From Breznakia blatticola (GTDB taxonomy: Bacteria; Bacillota_I; Bacilli_A; Erysipelotrichales; Erysipelotrichaceae), in the NCBI RefSeq assembly GCF_004365815.1, contig NZ_SODD01000003.1:82286-114285 (forward strand): a stretch of DNA of 32,000 bases, in the 5' to 3' direction. Position 1 is the stretch's first letter. Each line of letters opens with the position of its first letter. The position numbers and the translations under genes are program-made. The notes beneath the pieces are model-generated. The model had not been told where the DNA came from and did no database searches. It saw only the letters and a list, made by a program, of their open reading frames with translations. Shown here in pieces: positions 28,117-32,000 of the stretch.

Positions 28117-28914
28117 TTACTTTATTCTGTCTAGGATAAATTTTGATACTCCTTGATGATTGTTATCTTCATCACTAATGAAAGTTGCATATTTCTTTAC
28201 TAGTGCATCCGCATTTAGCATAGCCACACTATATCCTGCTTGCTTAAACATACTAATGTCATTGTAATTATCACCAAAAACAAGTGTCTGTTCCATTGGT
28301 ATTGATAACTTCTCACATACATAGGATAGTGCCTTCCCCTTGGTTGCATCTTTGCTAGAAAACGTATGTACATCTCCTTCTGAGCGTACAAGTTGTGCAT
28401 ACGTACAACCATGGTTGATGGTTTTCATTAAGTCATCCATTCCCTCTTCATAGCTATGAATCACAACCATCTTCATCACATCTGTAGACTGCAAAGAAAA
28501 CTGTGCTAATGGATATGCATGAACTTTTCCTTTTAAACGTCTAGCAATTGCATCTAACTTTGGATTTTCATCATAATAGATTGCATCTGTTGTGTATACA
28601 ATACAAGCTGCATGAAATAATTCACACTGTTTCAATGCATATTGTACATCTTTTGGATCAATTGAATATTGCATGATACATTTTCCTTCACTATCATATA
28701 CATTTGCACCATTATTGCAGATGATAGGTAGCGAAAGTTTCAATTGTTCAAGATATGGACGAACAATATGAATATTGCGACCAGTCGCTAGCGTAAAATG
28801 TATCTGTTTTTGATTTAACCACTCAATCATAGAACGTATATTTGCATCTAATTCTTGCTTATCATTTAGCAGTGTTCCATCCATATCACATACAACAAGA
28901 GCTATATCCTTCAT
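28117..28914 (-). CDS. Cof-type HAD-IIB sugar phosphatase
   Basis: Motif I VVCDMDGTLLN, motif III/IV GDNYNDISM. The start MKDIALV at 28914 is 1 nt after the upstream stop (the track start at 28947 has no RBS). Confidence 0.8.
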   Translation of the reverse strand: MKDIALVVCDMDGTLLNDKQELDANIRSMIEWLNQKQIHFTLATGRNIHIVRPYLEQLKLSLPIICNNGANVYDSEGKCIMQYSIDPKDVQYALKQCELFHAACIVYTTDAIYYDENPKLDAIARRLKGKVHAYPLAQFSLQSTDVMKMVVIHSYEEGMDDLMKTINHGCTYAQLVRSEGDVHTFSSKDATKGKALSYVCEKLSIPMEQTLVFGDNYNDISMFKQAGYSVAMLNADALVKKYATFISDEDNNHQGVSKFILDRIK

Positions 28915-28915
28915 A

Positions 28916-29788
28916 TTACATTCGATCGCCTTGTCCATAAAAGACATGGTCTAACTTTTCGCGAAGGAATGTATTTGCTTCTTTTAAATCTTCTTTCCAT
29001 GTATGACTGCCCGTGTACCAAAATTCACCTACAAATAAACGGACACCCATATCCTTTAGTAATTCAATATTGTGTTTAAATTCTGTATGACCTGTTCCAA
29101 ACGGAATTTCTCGATAATGTCCAGGAATGGTTTCCTTTAAATGTGCTGCTACTATATGGCCTTTTCCAGTTAGTAAATCTGTATTCACATCTCCATGGTA
29201 AAGCAAACTCGCATTTTTTAAATTTCCAATATCTGGATAAACACCTAAATATGGATTATCAACTAAACGGACATATTCCATACTTTTTTCAACGGTGTCC
29301 ATAAATGAAGTTTCCATCGTTTCAAAACCAAGTAATACTCCATAATAACTTGCCATCTGTGCAGCTTCTTTTAAATTCTGTATGAAGATCTCTTTTGTTT
29401 TTGCATCGCCTTGTTCGTAATATACATCATACCCTGCAAGTTGAATAACACGGACACCTAAATCACTAGCAAGTTTAATCGCTTTTAACATGATCTCTAA
29501 TGACTTTGCTTGCATTTCTGTATCTTTATGACCAAGTGGATATTTACGATGACCACTTAAACAAATTGAATTAATACGCATATCTAAGTGAATCATTGCA
29601 TCAAGTAATGCTTCTCTTTCACTTTGTGGCATATCAATGCGACGTAATTTTTCATCTGTCTCATCGATACTCAATTCTAAATAATCAAAACCACTTTCTT
29701 TGGCAAGTTTAAGCTTTTCAATAATACTTTGATCATTTGGTATAGCTTTCTCATATAATCCAAGTTGATATCTTCTATTTTTGACCAT
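28916..29788 (-). CDS. ulaE: L-ribulose-5-phosphate 3-epimerase (UlaE/SgbU-like, xylose-isomerase TIM barrel)
   Basis: [11 protein letters not shown]...[21 protein letters not shown]...[11 protein letters not shown] closely parallels E. coli UlaE. RBS AGGTG precedes ATG 29788. 14-nt overlap with the upstream gene. Confidence 0.85.
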   Translation of the reverse strand: MVKNRRYQLGLYEKAIPNDQSIIEKLKLAKESGFDYLELSIDETDEKLRRIDMPQSEREALLDAMIHLDMRINSICLSGHRKYPLGHKDTEMQAKSLEIMLKAIKLASDLGVRVIQLAGYDVYYEQGDAKTKEIFIQNLKEAAQMASYYGVLLGFETMETSFMDTVEKSMEYVRLVDNPYLGVYPDIGNLKNASLLYHGDVNTDLLTGKGHIVAAHLKETIPGHYREIPFGTGHTEFKHNIELLKDMGVRLFVGEFWYTGSHTWKEDLKEANTFLREKLDHVFYGQGDRM

Positions 29789-30473
29789 AATATGCACCTG
29801 CTCCATGTTTACGTAAGTAATGCTTATCAAGAAGTTCTGGTTGCATTGGTTCTATTTCATGATTACAAAGTTGGGTTGCTGTAAATGCCATCATCGCACA
29901 CTCTTCCATTACAACTGCATTATGGACAGCATCAAAACCATCTTTTCCCCATGTAAATGGACCATGACTATGAACAAGTACTCCAGGCATCTCATCTGCA
30001 TTTATATTTCTTTCATGGAAACATTCAACGATTACTTTTCCTGTTTCTTCTTCATATGCACCTTGAATTTCATCATTTGTCATTTTTCTTGTACATGGAA
30101 TATCTCCATAGAAGTAATCCGCTTGTGTTGTACCTAATGCTGGAATATCTTTACCTGCCTGTGCCCAAGAAGTCGCCCAACGTGAATGTGTATGTACAAC
30201 TCCTCCAATATTTGGAAAGTTTTTATAAAACTGAACATGTGTCATCAAATCACTTGAAGGGTTTAAGGTTCCTTCAATTACATTTCCATCTAAATCACAA
30301 ATAACGATATCTTCAGCACGCATCGCACCATACTCTACACCACTTGGTTTAATCGCAATGACTTTACGTTCACGATCAATTTCGGATACATTTCCCCAAG
30401 TAAAGGTAATCAAGCCATATTTTGGAAGCAATAAGTTTGCTTCTAAAACTCTTTGTTTCATCTGTTCAAACAT
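29775..30473 (-). CDS. ulaF: L-ribulose-5-phosphate 4-epimerase (AraD/UlaF/SgbE class II aldolase fold)
   Basis: [35 protein letters not shown] plus HTHS metal ligands. RBS GGAGG lies 6 nt upstream of ATG 30473. Confidence 0.88.
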   Translation of the reverse strand: MFEQMKQRVLEANLLLPKYGLITFTWGNVSEIDRERKVIAIKPSGVEYGAMRAEDIVICDLDGNVIEGTLNPSSDLMTHVQFYKNFPNIGGVVHTHSRWATSWAQAGKDIPALGTTQADYFYGDIPCTRKMTNDEIQGAYEEETGKVIVECFHERNINADEMPGVLVHSHGPFTWGKDGFDAVHNAVVMEECAMMAFTATQLCNHEIEPMQPELLDKHYLRKHGAGAYYGQK

Positions 30474-30474
30474 A

Positions 30475-31506
30475 CTAATCCTCCACGATGTAGACAGCAG
30501 CTTCATTACATGTATGGTTTGCCGCAATAATAATATCTCGATTTTCTTCGTTCACGACTGCTAAGTTTGCTGGTCCACATCCTTTTTCAAGAACTTCAGT
30601 CACAAATGCCCCATCTTTATATTGCACATAGAAGATTTCTGCATCTTTACGACGTACCCCTGCTAAGAAGGTATTTACACCTCGAAGTGTACAACCAACA
30701 AGTGTATGTGCAAAATCAATTTCATTTTGATAGCTATATACTTCTTTATAGTTTCCATCTACTTTTTTATAGATTTTAATTGCATTTCCATGGAATGGTT
30801 CAATTGTCATAATTTCATCTTCACCATCGTTATCGATATCAATAATTGCGATTTCACTAATTGTGCCATCCATGATCTTTTCAGTTTTCCAAGCTTCTCC
30901 TTGTTTTTTAGGAGGTGTAACTTTTAAGATTCCTTGATCACTTCCAAAGTAACCTACAGGCATATCATTTTCATAGTGTCTTGTATATCCATGATTTCTA
31001 AACAATCCACCAACTAGTTCGGTTAGTTCAATGGGTTGCTCTAAATCATCTGGAAGAATGGCTGTATAAATTTTCCCTGGTTTACTCCAGTCTTCTTTGT
31101 TTTCCTTTGTTTCAGCAATTGTTGCACCAATAAAGTAGTTCACACCATCCACTCGATAAATATCAAAGCGGTGTAAGTATGGTAAATAGAATAGATCTTT
31201 TACTTTCCATTCTCCATTTTCATATTTTCCCCAAACGATTTTGGCTTTACTTGGTGAAACTTTTAAATAAAAATCCATGACTGCTAAAAACTCATTGCTT
31301 TTATTTGGTAAAGGTATGATTGACATTGTCCCTCCACCTTCTTGCCATACTACTTTTTTTGTCTCAAAGCTTTCTCCACTATAGTCATAACAAGGATATC
31401 CTTGTTCCTCACTTGCTAAAAAGATATGCAAGTCATTATCAATGTTTGTTGAGCTTGCACAGTAGCATCGATACATCTCATCCAAATGTTTTTTTGTTAT
31501 TTTCAT
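30475..31506 (-). CDS. Uncharacterised 343-aa protein, probably beta-propeller/FG-GAP-like, embedded in the ula-like operon
   Basis: Strong RBS AGGAGGG precedes ATG 31506. Acidic Ca-binding-like loop [11 protein letters not shown] and a repetitive beta-strand-like pattern. No catalytic motif I can name. Confidence 0.7.
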   Translation of the reverse strand: MKITKKHLDEMYRCYCASSTNIDNDLHIFLASEEQGYPCYDYSGESFETKKVVWQEGGGTMSIIPLPNKSNEFLAVMDFYLKVSPSKAKIVWGKYENGEWKVKDLFYLPYLHRFDIYRVDGVNYFIGATIAETKENKEDWSKPGKIYTAILPDDLEQPIELTELVGGLFRNHGYTRHYENDMPVGYFGSDQGILKVTPPKKQGEAWKTEKIMDGTISEIAIIDIDNDGEDEIMTIEPFHGNAIKIYKKVDGNYKEVYSYQNEIDFAHTLVGCTLRGVNTFLAGVRRKDAEIFYVQYKDGAFVTEVLEKGCGPANLAVVNEENRDIIIAANHTCNEAAVYIVED

Positions 31507-31524
31507 ACACCCTCCTATTTGAAG

Positions 31525-31552
31525 AAAGGCTATCACCAACGTGACAGCCTTT
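31525..31552 (-). other. Intercistronic stem-loop between EIIB and the unknown gene
   Basis: 12-bp stem with loop GUUG. The single non-Watson-Crick position is a U-G wobble on the minus-strand RNA but an A-C mismatch on the plus strand, so the structure is selected in the transcribed sense. No U-tract follows. Confidence 0.5.
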
Positions 31553-31558
31553 CATGTT

Positions 31559-31861
31559 TTACTTCTTGAAACGTTGTTCTAAGTCAGTTTCAGCAACTTT
31601 TTCTTGAACTTCTTTTGCAGACATTACGTTACGAATTCCAATAACTGTAATCCCTTTCTTTTTTGCATCGTCAAACATATTTAGGAAGTTCATTGGCGTA
31701 AATACTACATCGTATTGTGATGCTGATGATTTTCCTTCTGCGATTGAACAGTGGTGAATTTTTGTAATTTCAAATCCCATATCTGTTAATCCTTTGTTTG
31801 CACTTTTTTGAAGCATCAAACTTGTGCCTGATCCATTTGCACATGAAATTAAAACTCTCAT
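31559..31861 (-). CDS. ulaB: PTS ascorbate-family EIIB (UlaB/SgaB-like)
   Basis: 100 aa. MRVLISCANGSGTSLM carries the active-site Cys signature. RBS AAGGAGAAAGG. Confidence 0.85.
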   Translation of the reverse strand: MRVLISCANGSGTSLMLQKSANKGLTDMGFEITKIHHCSIAEGKSSASQYDVVFTPMNFLNMFDDAKKKGITVIGIRNVMSAKEVQEKVAETDLEQRFKK

Positions 31862-32000
31862 AATTGTGTCCTTTCTCCTTTATGTAATTTTATTGTTGAT
31901 TTACTTTGGCTTAATTCAACCAGTGCATACCAAGTCTCGATAAATCACTGATAAGTACTGAATAATTTATGTGTCTTTAAAGCATTTCTTGTGATGGTAA

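Noticed and set aside
31862-32000. Possible 3' end of an upstream PTS EIIC/EIIA gene at the right edge.
   Set aside because: All three minus-strand frames contain stops within this stretch. I cannot tell which stop, if any, ends an upstream gene, so no feature is called.

Overview
Low-GC, Firmicutes-style chromosomal segment. T-box and RAT/LicT antitermination, several PTS operons, strong GGAGG ribosome-binding sites and frequent ATGA/TAATG gene overlaps all point that way. It reads like a gut Bacillota, possibly Erysipelotrichales-like, but that is inference only. I found no rRNA, tRNA, CRISPR array, transposase or integrase. Most genes are on the minus strand.

Content from left to right:
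- Partial unknown gene, nnr (NAD(P)HX repair), a small unknown gene and a YczE-like membrane protein.
- A licT-bglP-bglH-EIIA beta-glucoside PTS operon. It is bracketed by a ~30-43 nt direct repeat.
- A cellobiose-family PTS operon (EIIB-EIIC-EIIA-GH1) with a divergent LicR-type PRD activator.
- A SulP/STAS anion permease.
- A Trp T-box-controlled trpB-trpA pair. The trpA copy looks catalytically degenerate.
- A membrane-anchored XRE regulator, a small D/K/A-repeat hydrophilin and a CX5R tyrosine phosphatase.
- An ECF S-component-like membrane protein.
- A self-contained plus-strand operon: PAP2 phosphatase, MazG-like pyrophosphohydrolase and a GIY-YIG::DUF2075 nuclease/P-loop ATPase.
- Split transketolase, an exported histidine-phosphatase lipoprotein, and an AraC/GyrI-like pair.
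- The tail of an ascorbate-family (ula-like) PTS operon: EIIB, an unknown beta-propeller-like protein, UlaF-like, UlaE-like and a Cof-type HAD phosphatase.

Best candidate for an undescribed system: the translationally coupled PAP2 / MazG-like / GIY-YIG-DUF2075 operon at 20.6-23.5 kb. Secondary leads are a GH1 phospho-beta-glucosidase with a myrosinase-like Glu->Gln at the acid/base position, the degenerate TrpA, and the unknown protein inside the ula-like operon. All functional calls rest on motif recognition by eye. No database search was run.
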